Below, piece after piece: positions 19,727 to 27,870 of a stretch of DNA of 64,000 bases (position 1 is its first letter; the number at the start of each line of letters is the position of its first letter). The stretch comes from Candidatus Magasanikiibacteriota bacterium. Lineage in GTDB: Bacteria; Patescibacteriota; Patescibacteriia; Magasanikbacterales; UBA922. The stretch covers positions 161,807 through 225,806 of the forward strand of contig JABIEQ010000014.1 of assembly GCA_018651085.1 (NCBI GenBank), written 5' to 3'. The notes under the pieces were generated by a model. The model saw nothing but the letters and a program-made list of their open reading frames with translations, made no database searches and had not been told where the DNA came from. The translations under genes were made by a program, and so were the position numbers.

Positions 19727-21127
19727 ATGAAAAACAAACATATACATTTTATCGGTATTTGTGGTGTCGCAATGAGCGCTATCGCTATTGCATTTCAAAA
19801 AAAAGGATGGACCGTTACAGGGTCAGATAAAGGATTCTATCCACCGGTATCAACACATCTTAAAAAAACAGACATCACTTTTTACCCAGGATGGCACGTA
19901 GAAAAAATGACCAAACATGGTGATCCTGATATTGTAATTGTTGGGAATGTTGCAAGTTCAAAAAACGAAGAATGGTTGTATGTGCAAGAAAAAAATATTC
20001 CATATAAATCATACCCAGAAATAATCGCATCACATTTCATACAATCAACATCTATTGTCTGTGCTGGAACCTATGGTAAAACAACAAGTTCAGCATTACT
20101 TGCTTGGATATTTGAACAACACGGTAAACAGCCAAGCTATATGTTTGGTGGGCTTACACAAAATGATTTTCCTGCAGCACAAATTGGAGAAGGAAACATA
20201 AGTATTCTCGAAGGAGACGAATATAAAACAGCTCGATGGGATAATAGACCTAAATTTAAATCATACTCCCCTACCCATCTCATGTTAACCGCAGTGTCTT
20301 GGGATCATGCGGATATATACCCTACCGAAGCATCTTACATGAAAGAATTTGAAGATCTCATAGAGATGATTCCAAAAGAAGGAAACATTACCGTGTGTAT
20401 TGATCATAAAAAAGCTCTTGCGTTAGCAAAAAACACAAAAAGTACTGTTACAACATATGGAAAAGATCAAACCGCAGCATATCGATATAGCAATTTAAAT
20501 GAATCTCAGATAGGGATGGATTTTACTATTACACATAAAGACGAAACACATACAATAGAATCCCCCATGATTGGATCATACATTGCAGAAAACATGACGG
20601 GAGTATTTGCTATGGCACATCAATTAGGCATTCCTACAAATGATATCATTACACATATAAAAACATTTCATGGAATGAAACGCCGATTAGAAAAACGCTA
20701 TGAAAAAGATGTTATCGTATTTGATGATATTGCTCATTCGCCAGAAAAAGCAAAAGCAACATTACAGACAATACGGAAAGTATATAATGGAAATATTATC
20801 GCCGTGTTTGAACCAAACACAGGAAACAGAAAAAAAGAATCATTTCCACAATACAAAAATGCATTTACAGATGCAAACGAAGTAATCATTGGAAGACTCA
20901 CAAAAGTAAAAAAAGAAAACAACCCCGAACATCAAGAAGCATGCAACGAACATGGACTAGCCGACATTATTAAAAAAAGCCACACACAAGTCACTGTTAT
21001 TGATGACGATGCAATGCTTGTAGAGCACATCATTAAACAAACAAAGAAAGACGATGTTATCGTCTTTCTTGGAAGCCACGGATTTAGAGGAATGATTGAA
21101 GAAACAATAAAAAAACTAGAACACTAA
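19727..21127 (+). CDS. Mur ligase family protein (Mpl/MurC-like; UDP-N-acetylmuramate ligase family).
   Basis: N-terminal HIHFIGICGVAMSAIAIAF...GSDKGFYPPVS resembles Mpl/MurC. Central GTYGKTTSSALLA P-loop. The start is set at MKNKHIHF. Confidence 0.7.
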   Translation: MKNKHIHFIGICGVAMSAIAIAFQKKGWTVTGSDKGFYPPVSTHLKKTDITFYPGWHVEKMTKHGDPDIVIVGNVASSKNEEWLYVQEKNIPYKSYPEIIASHFIQSTSIVCAGTYGKTTSSALLAWIFEQHGKQPSYMFGGLTQNDFPAAQIGEGNISILEGDEYKTARWDNRPKFKSYSPTHLMLTAVSWDHADIYPTEASYMKEFEDLIEMIPKEGNITVCIDHKKALALAKNTKSTVTTYGKDQTAAYRYSNLNESQIGMDFTITHKDETHTIESPMIGSYIAENMTGVFAMAHQLGIPTNDIITHIKTFHGMKRRLEKRYEKDVIVFDDIAHSPEKAKATLQTIRKVYNGNIIAVFEPNTGNRKKESFPQYKNAFTDANEVIIGRLTKVKKENNPEHQEACNEHGLADIIKKSHTQVTVIDDDAMLVEHIIKQTKKDDVIVFLGSHGFRGMIEETIKKLEH

Positions 21128-21128
21128 T

Positions 21129-21296
21129 TTATTTTCCTTCTTCAACAATTTCAACAACAATTGAACCATCATCTTTCTTCTCCATAACCATAAGAGTGAT
21201 ACCACAAGTCTGACATTCAATAACTTGCTCTTTTGCAAGATCTCCATAGATAGAAAGATCCACTTCATTTTTACATTCTGGACAAACCAACTGCAT
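21129..21296 (-). CDS. 55-aa LysW-like zinc-ribbon protein, absent from the ORF track because it is under 60 aa.
   Basis: My own translation of the minus strand gives MQLVCPECKNEVDLSIYGDLAKEQVIECQTCGITLMVMEKKDDGSIVVEIVEEGK. It has two CxxC pairs and the CxxCGxxL(E/M)V pattern seen in LysW-type carrier proteins. It lacks the C-terminal EDWGE. Confidence 0.4.
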   Translation of the reverse strand: MQLVCPECKNEVDLSIYGDLAKEQVIECQTCGITLMVMEKKDDGSIVVEIVEEGK

Positions 21297-21368
21297 ATGC
21301 TACTATAAAATTATGAATGAATTGAATAAAAGTATAGCAAAAACCCTTACTGAGTTCAAATAATAGCT

Positions 21369-22253
21369 ATGAAAACACCTCAACAAACATACAATACACT
21401 CAATAAAGCAATCGGTATAAAGGACATATACCTTAAAAGAGAAGATCTTCATAAATATGGATCCCATAAAGGGCGATCCATTCCTATGATGATTAAATGG
21501 TATGTGAAAAAAGAAAACAAGAGACACTTCGTTATCTCTTCTTCAGGCAACGCTGCCCTTGCAGCAATTCATGCTGTAGAACAACACAATAAAAACAACC
21601 CTGAAAAACAAATCAATCTTCACATCTATATCGGCCAAAAAATTAATGACAAGAAAAAAAGAAAACTTGAAAAAGCCATTACACAATCAACGACCACACT
21701 TGAACAAGTTGAGCGTCCCAAACAAATGGCTTTTCAAAAAGAAAAAGAAGGTGAAGCAATATACCTAAGACAATCGACAGATGATCTTGCTCTTGAAGGA
21801 TATATGGAGCTAGCCCGTGAATTAAAAAAAATACCCAACCTCCAAGCAGTATTTGTAGCCACTTCATCAGGGACAACAGCTCAAGCACTTGGAGATATCT
21901 ACAAAGAAGACAAGCATCCTATTCAAATTCACATAATACAAACAACAAGTTGCCATCCAATAGCAAGCCTATTTGACACAGAGATTGAATCAAAAGACAC
22001 ATCAACAGCTGGAGCTATTGTCGATCACATTGCTCATAGAAAAGAACATGTAGTAGCTGCCATAAAAAATACCCATGGATTTGGATGGGTTGTAACAAAT
22101 GAAGACATTAAAAATGCTAGAAACATTGTACGCGAACATACAAAAATAGATTTTTCTTCTAATGGGGTACTTAGTATCGCAGGATTACAAAAAGCTATAA
22201 AAAAGGGTTGGTCATGGAAAGGCCCAGTTGCATGCATTATTAGTGGAGAATAA
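21369..22253 (+). CDS. PLP-dependent enzyme, fold type II (threonine synthase/cysteine synthase-like).
   Basis: LKREDLHKYGSHKGRS is analogous to the xSFKDRG lysine motif. A Gly-rich loop SSGTTAQALG is also present. Confidence 0.55.
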   Translation: MKTPQQTYNTLNKAIGIKDIYLKREDLHKYGSHKGRSIPMMIKWYVKKENKRHFVISSSGNAALAAIHAVEQHNKNNPEKQINLHIYIGQKINDKKKRKLEKAITQSTTTLEQVERPKQMAFQKEKEGEAIYLRQSTDDLALEGYMELARELKKIPNLQAVFVATSSGTTAQALGDIYKEDKHPIQIHIIQTTSCHPIASLFDTEIESKDTSTAGAIVDHIAHRKEHVVAAIKNTHGFGWVVTNEDIKNARNIVREHTKIDFSSNGVLSIAGLQKAIKKGWSWKGPVACIISGE

Positions 22254-22285
22254 AAAATACCAATCACGCATTGGTATTTTTTTAT

Positions 22286-22314
22286 TTGACAATACAAAAA
22301 AAAACAGAAATAAT
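22286..22314 (+). promoter_or_regulatory. Candidate promoter reading into inverted-repeat element A.
   Basis: TTGACA (22286-22291), a 17-nt spacer, then AATAAT (22309-22314). The predicted transcription start is at about 22321, the first base of element A. Confidence 0.3.
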
Positions 22315-22320
22315 ACAATA

Positions 22321-22416
22321 GTCATGGCGAGGGTGGTGTGTTGAGATACGTTCATAGATGGAGGTGGTTGTATGATCCATTCTAGAACTGGTGGTTTCCC
22401 ACCCCCTCGCCATGAC
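22321..22416 (+). repeat. Element A: a 96-nt unit closed by an 18-bp near-perfect terminal inverted repeat (GTCATGGCGAGGGTGGTG ... CCACCCCCTCGCCATGAC). Candidate small structured RNA or MITE-like element.
   Basis: The arms were read directly. There is an inner hairpin atgga...tccat. The element is GC-rich against an AT-rich background, and a T-run follows. Confidence 0.5.
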
Positions 22417-22425
22417 ACACCGAGA

Positions 22426-23151
22426 TCATTTTTTCCAAATACTAATAATATTTTCACCAGTATCGATCTCTACTCTTTTCCCTTTTTTTGCATAATATTG
22501 ATCTTCAACAATAAAGCCAACAGATGAAGCAAGATCATTCAACTCTTCAAGACTATAGCCATAATAGTATCGTTTCGCTAAAATTTCCCCTGGTCCATTT
22601 CGCCAAGGCACAATAAAATTTTTCTGATCTTCTGTTGTATACTTCCCCTTTGTCACTTTATCCTGCACCCATCCATTAAATGCATTCCAGTTCGTCATAA
22701 TAAAACATCCCCCCGGACGAAGGACACGAAACATCTCTTTAATAACTTGTTTTTGTAATTGTGGCGGAATATGACAAATAACGGCCACAGCATACAACGC
22801 ATCAAAAGAATTATCTAAAAAGGAAAGTGTACAAATATCTTCTACAACAAATGTCTTATCCTCATATCTAGAACGAGCAAGAGTAATGAGATTTTCACTT
22901 TGGTCCACTCCTGTATACGAAATATCTTTATCGGAAAAAAGCATAGACAATCGTCCATTCCCACATCCTACGTCTAAAATAGTATCTCCATTTTTAATAA
23001 AACGACCCAATTTTTTCAAATCATCCCACAAATAGTCTCGTGTACTTGAAAAAAGATGAGATACAGCATCATAAGCCTCTTTATTTTGCAGAACATAGCG
23101 ATAATCTTGATTTTTTTTCATATATATGCAATACTTATGTCCGTCTGTCAT
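22426..23151 (-). CDS. Class I SAM-dependent methyltransferase (type 11-like). Start alternatives are 23151 (MTDGHK) and 23121 (MKKNQ).
   Basis: ILDVGCGNGRLSMLF motif I. Flanked on both sides by related inverted-repeat elements. Confidence 0.65.
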   Translation of the reverse strand: MTDGHKYCIYMKKNQDYRYVLQNKEAYDAVSHLFSSTRDYLWDDLKKLGRFIKNGDTILDVGCGNGRLSMLFSDKDISYTGVDQSENLITLARSRYEDKTFVVEDICTLSFLDNSFDALYAVAVICHIPPQLQKQVIKEMFRVLRPGGCFIMTNWNAFNGWVQDKVTKGKYTTEDQKNFIVPWRNGPGEILAKRYYYGYSLEELNDLASSVGFIVEDQYYAKKGKRVEIDTGENIISIWKK

Positions 23152-23237
23152 TGCGACACCCTAAACAAGGCTCTTTCGGTTTTGGGTGATATGAGGTGCT
23201 TTACAACTACTCATTTTCCTAGGGTGTCGCAATGACA
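23146..23237. repeat. Element B: a 92-nt unit closed by a perfect 18-bp terminal inverted repeat (TGTCATTGCGACACCCTA ... TAGGGTGTCGCAATGACA). Its outer ends share GTCATnGCGA with element A.
   Basis: Read directly. The arms overlap the annotated ATGs of both divergent genes. There is an inner hairpin atgag...ctcat. Confidence 0.5.
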
Positions 23238-24953
23238 ACACAGATTCTTATGACTGAAGAAATATTAGAACAAATCATGGCATTTATTGTTGAGAAGCAA
23301 CCTGAAAGTAAGGTTGCTTTTGATGATTTACGAAGAAAAAAATGTAGCGCACTCAAAATATCTCAACCAGCCAACAGAAAATTACTCAAAGCCTATCATA
23401 GACTCATCAAAAAAGGAAGTATCACAGCAGACACACAAATAGAACATTTCCTTAGAAAAGCCAATATTAGAAGCATGTCTGGTATTGCAGTAGTAACTTC
23501 CCTTACAAAACCGTACATGTGCCCAGGAAAATGCGTCTATTGCCCAACAGAGGTACGTATGCCAAAAAGTTACCTTGCATCAGAACCAGCAGCCGCTCGT
23601 TCTATGCGTCTTGATTTTGACCCATATGAACTCATGCAAAAACGTATTGAGATGATGGAAGATAATGGGCATCCTTGTGACAAAATAGAATATATTGTAA
23701 AAGGAGGCACATGGAATGCATACCCTTTAAAATATCAATACTGGTACATCCTTGAATCATTCAGAGCATGTAACAATTTAAAAAGTGACACCCCCTCAAA
23801 AAGAACATGTGAAGACGATTGGAAAGAAAAGACAGTAAAGGATCTTCAAAAAGAAATGCTTATTGAACAAGAAAAAAATGAATCTACAAAATATAGAATT
23901 ATTGGTCTTACTTTAGAAACACGTCCTGATGCCATTTCCCCAAAAACCATTTGGCACATGAGAAATATGGGATGTACTCGAATAGAACTTGGTCTTCAAG
24001 CACCCGACGATAAGATCCTTGACCTTATTCAAAGAGGACATAGTGTCGATCAATTTAGACGAGCAATGCACCTTCTAAGAAAAGCCGGATTTAAAGTAGA
24101 CCTTCATTTCATGCCAGATCTTCCAGGGTCAACACCCGATCACGATGTCGAGATGTATAAAAGTCTTTTTACTGATGAATCACTTAAACCAGACATGGTG
24201 AAAATTTATCCGAATACGGTAATCCCTTCAGCTGAGCTATACGAATGGTATAAAGATGGTAGATACACTCCATATAAAGAAGAAGAACTATTTGAAGCAC
24301 TTCTTCAAATGAAAGAAGTGACTCCTCGATACTGCCGAATATCTCGACTTATTAGGGATATTCCAGAAAATGAAATCATGGCCGGAAATAGAATTACAAA
24401 CCTCAGACAACATCTTGAAACTATTCTTCATAAACGTGGAAAAATATGCCAATGTCTTCGATGCCGAGAAATAGGCAGACAAATGAAACATGTTCCAAAA
24501 GATACCACACCAATACTATTTATTGATGAATATCAAACTGTTGGAGGAAAAGAATTTTTTATTACGTTTGAAGACCCTAAAAGAATTGCCGTATTTGGAT
24601 TTTTACGACTACGTCTTCCTGAAGAAGTACATAAGGACATCAATTGGATATCACAAAAAGAAGATACAAATAATGGAAAAGAACTCTTTTCACTTCTTCC
24701 AGAAATAAAAGATTGTGCCTTCATAAGAGAACTCCATACCTACGGCCAGCTTATTGGTATTGGACAAAAAGGAAACAGCGATGCTTCTCAACACAAAGGC
24801 CTCGGGAAAAGACTTATCAAAGCAGCTGAAGATATTGTACAAAAACATGGGTACACAAAATGTGCAGTCATTTCAGGTGTGGGTGTAAAAGGTTATTACG
24901 AAAAGTTAGACTATAAAAAAGAAGGTACCTACGTTGTAAAACATTTCAATTAA
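23232..24953 (+). CDS. Elp3-family radical SAM / GNAT acetyltransferase (tRNA wobble-uridine modification enzyme homolog).
   Basis: Radical-SAM cluster motif MCPGKCVYCP. The C-terminal GNAT region FIRELHTYGQLIGIG...GLGKRLI matches Elp3 architecture. Length 573 aa. Confidence 0.8.
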   Translation: MTTQILMTEEILEQIMAFIVEKQPESKVAFDDLRRKKCSALKISQPANRKLLKAYHRLIKKGSITADTQIEHFLRKANIRSMSGIAVVTSLTKPYMCPGKCVYCPTEVRMPKSYLASEPAAARSMRLDFDPYELMQKRIEMMEDNGHPCDKIEYIVKGGTWNAYPLKYQYWYILESFRACNNLKSDTPSKRTCEDDWKEKTVKDLQKEMLIEQEKNESTKYRIIGLTLETRPDAISPKTIWHMRNMGCTRIELGLQAPDDKILDLIQRGHSVDQFRRAMHLLRKAGFKVDLHFMPDLPGSTPDHDVEMYKSLFTDESLKPDMVKIYPNTVIPSAELYEWYKDGRYTPYKEEELFEALLQMKEVTPRYCRISRLIRDIPENEIMAGNRITNLRQHLETILHKRGKICQCLRCREIGRQMKHVPKDTTPILFIDEYQTVGGKEFFITFEDPKRIAVFGFLRLRLPEEVHKDINWISQKEDTNNGKELFSLLPEIKDCAFIRELHTYGQLIGIGQKGNSDASQHKGLGKRLIKAAEDIVQKHGYTKCAVISGVGVKGYYEKLDYKKEGTYVVKHFN

Positions 24954-24956
24954 AAA

Positions 24957-25105
24957 AACACCCTGTATAGGTGTAGAAGTTGTCTGTAGCCCGAAGCTGA
25001 GAAGTAGCAGAAGCTACAGACAACTCCGGGGGTCCTTGTCCCCCACTCTCGCAACAGTTGATCTAGGACCATCCCCCTCATTAAGACACAAGGGGGTACA
25101 GACAA
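24957..25105 (+). ncRNA. Candidate structured RNA or regulatory element of unknown class in a GC-rich intergenic stretch.
   Basis: Perfect 13-bp stem AGTTGTCTGTAGC/GCTACAGACAACT with a 22-nt loop at 24978-25025. Further GGGGG/CCCCC stems follow. About 220 nt non-coding between Elp3 and the NUDIX gene. Confidence 0.3.
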
Positions 25106-25175
25106 AAAAAATATCACATATAGACTTATTTGTCAATGATTAAAGGGATTGGTACAATAGCAATACAAGAAATCT

Positions 25176-25592
25176 ATGGATCTACCAGCTAATACAATTA
25201 TCGCTTCAGGCCCTGTTATTATAGAAAATAATAAGGTACTTTTGAATAAAGAACAAAAAAAAGACATGGTAACCCCATGGCTCTTTCCTGGTGGCGAAGT
25301 AGAAGATATTGATATTTCATTAGAAGAAGCCTGTAAAAGAGAAGTGTTTGAAGAAATGGGGCTAGAAATAGACATTATTCGTGCAATTAAGCCTATGATG
25401 GTCTATAGACCAGAATCTCCAAAAAAACTAGTTATTTTGATCCACTGGCTATCTTCAAGAAAAGGAGAGATTACTCCCGGAGAAAATGTGGTACAATGGG
25501 GATGGCATGATATCCATAATCTTCCAGATGATTGTGCACCAAATATCTATGCTGTTATAGATAGCTATATTCAAGAACAAAGCAGGCTATGA
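25176..25592 (+). CDS. NUDIX hydrolase.
   Basis: Nudix box GGEVEDIDISLEEACKREVFEEMGLE. Confidence 0.7.
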   Translation: MDLPANTIIASGPVIIENNKVLLNKEQKKDMVTPWLFPGGEVEDIDISLEEACKREVFEEMGLEIDIIRAIKPMMVYRPESPKKLVILIHWLSSRKGEITPGENVVQWGWHDIHNLPDDCAPNIYAVIDSYIQEQSRL

Positions 25593-25620
25593 TCCATAAA
25601 ACATTAGAATTCAACTAAAA

Positions 25621-25660
25621 AACACGAATCATCGTATATATACATTCTTCGTGTTTTTTA
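25621..25660 (+). terminator. Possible rho-independent terminator.
   Basis: acacgaa ... ttcgtgt stem followed by a T-run. The loop is long (about 19 nt), which lowers confidence. Confidence 0.35.
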
Positions 25661-25673
25661 ATACTTACTATTT

Positions 25674-26924
25674 ATGAATAAACAATCCCTTAAAGACTTT
25701 GATCCCGTTATTGCAAATGCCATTAAAAATGAAATCAACCGACAAGAGTCTGGTTTAGAAATGATTCCATCAGAAAATTTTGTATCAATTGCAGCCCTTG
25801 AAGCACTTGGGTCAGTTGTAACAAACAAATATTCAGAAGGATATCCAGGAAAAAGATATTATGGTGGATGCGAGCACATTGATACTATTGAACAAACTGC
25901 CATTGATAGAGCAAAAGAACTCTTTGGGGCAGAACATGTAAACATTCAACCACTGTCAGGAGCTCCAATGAATGTTGCTGTCTATTTTGGTCTTTTAGAA
26001 CCAGGTGACACAATTTTAGGAATGGATTTATCTCACGGAGGCCATTTAACTCATGGACATCCAGTCACTCACATGGCGAAAATATTTAATTTTATTAGAT
26101 ATAAGACAAACCAAGAAGGAAACATTGATCTAGACAATCTTCAAGAAATGGCAAATACCCACAAACCAAAAATGATCCTTGTTGGGTATAGTGCCTATTC
26201 AAGAGATATTGATTACGAAAACATCAAACGCATTGCCGATTCAGTTGGTGCAATCACCATGGCAGATGTATCTCATATTGGAGGGCTCATTGCCGGAGGA
26301 GAAATGAATAATCCTGTTCCTCTTTTTGATGTTGTTACAACGACGACGCACAAAACACTTCGTGGTGCTCGCGGAGGAATGATTATGTGTAAAGAAAAAT
26401 ACGCAAAAAAAATAGATAAAGCAGTATTCCCGGGTCTTCAAGGTGGTCCTCATGAAAACAATATCGCAGCTTCAGCAGTTGCCTTTAAAGAAGCACAAGA
26501 ACCAGCCTTTAAAGAATATTGCAAACAAATCAAAAAAAATGCAAAAGCTCTTGAAATCGTATTCAAAGAAAAAGAATATAAAATCATGTTCGGAGGAACA
26601 AGTAATCACTTACTCCTTATTGATGTAACACCAAAAGGAATTACCGGGAAAGAAGCACAACAAGCATTAGATAAAGCCGGCATTACAATAAACAAAAACA
26701 TGATTCCAGATGATCCTCGTCGACCAATGGATCCATCAGGAATTCGACTTGGAACACCAGCACTTACAACAAGAGGTATGAAAGAAAAAGAAATGGAACA
26801 AATTGCTCATATGATTGATGAAGTGATCATGAACCATCAAAATGATGAAATATTAGAAAAAATTAAACAACAAACTGAGGCACTTGCAAAACAATTCCCT
26901 CTTTATCCAGAACTTCAAGTATAA
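25674..26924 (+). CDS. glyA: Serine hydroxymethyltransferase.
   Basis: Full-length SHMT with PLP-Lys region (VVTTTTHKTLRGARGG) and conserved N-terminal motifs. Confidence 0.9.
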   Translation: MNKQSLKDFDPVIANAIKNEINRQESGLEMIPSENFVSIAALEALGSVVTNKYSEGYPGKRYYGGCEHIDTIEQTAIDRAKELFGAEHVNIQPLSGAPMNVAVYFGLLEPGDTILGMDLSHGGHLTHGHPVTHMAKIFNFIRYKTNQEGNIDLDNLQEMANTHKPKMILVGYSAYSRDIDYENIKRIADSVGAITMADVSHIGGLIAGGEMNNPVPLFDVVTTTTHKTLRGARGGMIMCKEKYAKKIDKAVFPGLQGGPHENNIAASAVAFKEAQEPAFKEYCKQIKKNAKALEIVFKEKEYKIMFGGTSNHLLLIDVTPKGITGKEAQQALDKAGITINKNMIPDDPRRPMDPSGIRLGTPALTTRGMKEKEMEQIAHMIDEVIMNHQNDEILEKIKQQTEALAKQFPLYPELQV

Positions 26925-26925
26925 A

Positions 26926-26950
26926 AAAAGCCGGCCTTGTGCCGGTTTTA
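26926..26950. terminator. Rho-independent terminator, probably bidirectional (between convergent genes).
   Basis: aaaaaGCCGGCcttgtGCCGGttttat. Confidence 0.7.
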
Positions 26951-26962
26951 TACTTAAAAACA

Positions 26963-27385
26963 TTACATCTTCCATCCTAACCAGGACTTTGCTTCTTCTT
27001 CTGAAAAAAAGAATTCTATTTTATCTCTATGTTTTCGAAGAAGTAATTTAAGGGCAAGAATCTTTGTATATCCAAAAGCATTTCCCACACAAGCAATCTT
27101 ATCAAAATATTGTAATGCATTATGTTCAAGATACCATTGATAAAGTTTCTTGAACTTTAATGTTAAAGGAACTTTACTAATATCAGAATGTACATCCAAA
27201 AACATGGTAAACGATAATGGTGAAACTTTTTCACACTTTGGAAGCATAATACCTTGTGACCACTCCATTTCTTCTTGTGCTTCTTCAAAAGAGGTTGCTG
27301 GTTGATGAATATAATGAATTTTGCCTAAATCAAAAAAAATCATTTTGCTCTTTGTTGGTTCAAATGTATATTGTTCAGTAGACAT
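26963..27385 (-). CDS. Hypothetical protein, possibly a STAS-like (DUF4325-like) domain.
   Basis: ORF with a C-terminal ...KIEFFFSEEEAKSWL segment reminiscent of STAS-like domains. The assignment is weak. Confidence 0.3.
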   Translation of the reverse strand: MSTEQYTFEPTKSKMIFFDLGKIHYIHQPATSFEEAQEEMEWSQGIMLPKCEKVSPLSFTMFLDVHSDISKVPLTLKFKKLYQWYLEHNALQYFDKIACVGNAFGYTKILALKLLLRKHRDKIEFFFSEEEAKSWLGWKM

Positions 27386-27429
27386 AAAAAGTTGCAAAAA
27401 AAGAAAAAATACCGTACCCTCCATACTGT

Positions 27430-27870
27430 ATGATGAACTATACCACAACTACAGAAAAAGAAACAAAGTCCCTTGGGGAAAAACTAGGAAAAGACCTTAA
27501 CCTAGGAGAAATTGTTATATTACAAGGAGACCTTGGGAGTGGAAAGACCACCTTTACAAAAGGAATGGCTAAAGGCCTTGGTATTACAGAAATAATTACA
27601 AGTCCGACTTTTTCTCTTATGAATATCTATGAATATGGAGAAAACTCACTTATTCATATAGATACATACCGACTAGAAAATGAAAGAGACCTTCTTGATA
27701 TTGGTATTGAAGATTATCTTGGAAAACCAAATACAATTACTATCATTGAATGGCCAGAAAAAATAAAAAATCTTCTCAACAAAAAAATGGTGACTGAAAT
27801 CACCATTACTCACAAAAATAAAAACGAAAGAGAAATAACTGCATCACGAAAAGTATACACGCTGACCTAG
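27430..27870 (+). CDS. tsaE: tRNA threonylcarbamoyladenosine biosynthesis ATPase TsaE.
   Basis: LQGDLGSGKTTFTKG P-loop. Size about 145 aa. Confidence 0.75.
   Translation: MMNYTTTTEKETKSLGEKLGKDLNLGEIVILQGDLGSGKTTFTKGMAKGLGITEIITSPTFSLMNIYEYGENSLIHIDTYRLENERDLLDIGIEDYLGKPNTITIIEWPEKIKNLLNKKMVTEITITHKNKNEREITASRKVYTLT

Noticed and set aside
24957-25105. Calling the structured element SRP RNA (ffs) or RNase P RNA.
   Set aside because: I could not align it to the conserved SRP domain IV (GGAA tetraloop / AGCAG context) or to P4 of RNase P by eye. It is kept as an unclassified candidate ncRNA.
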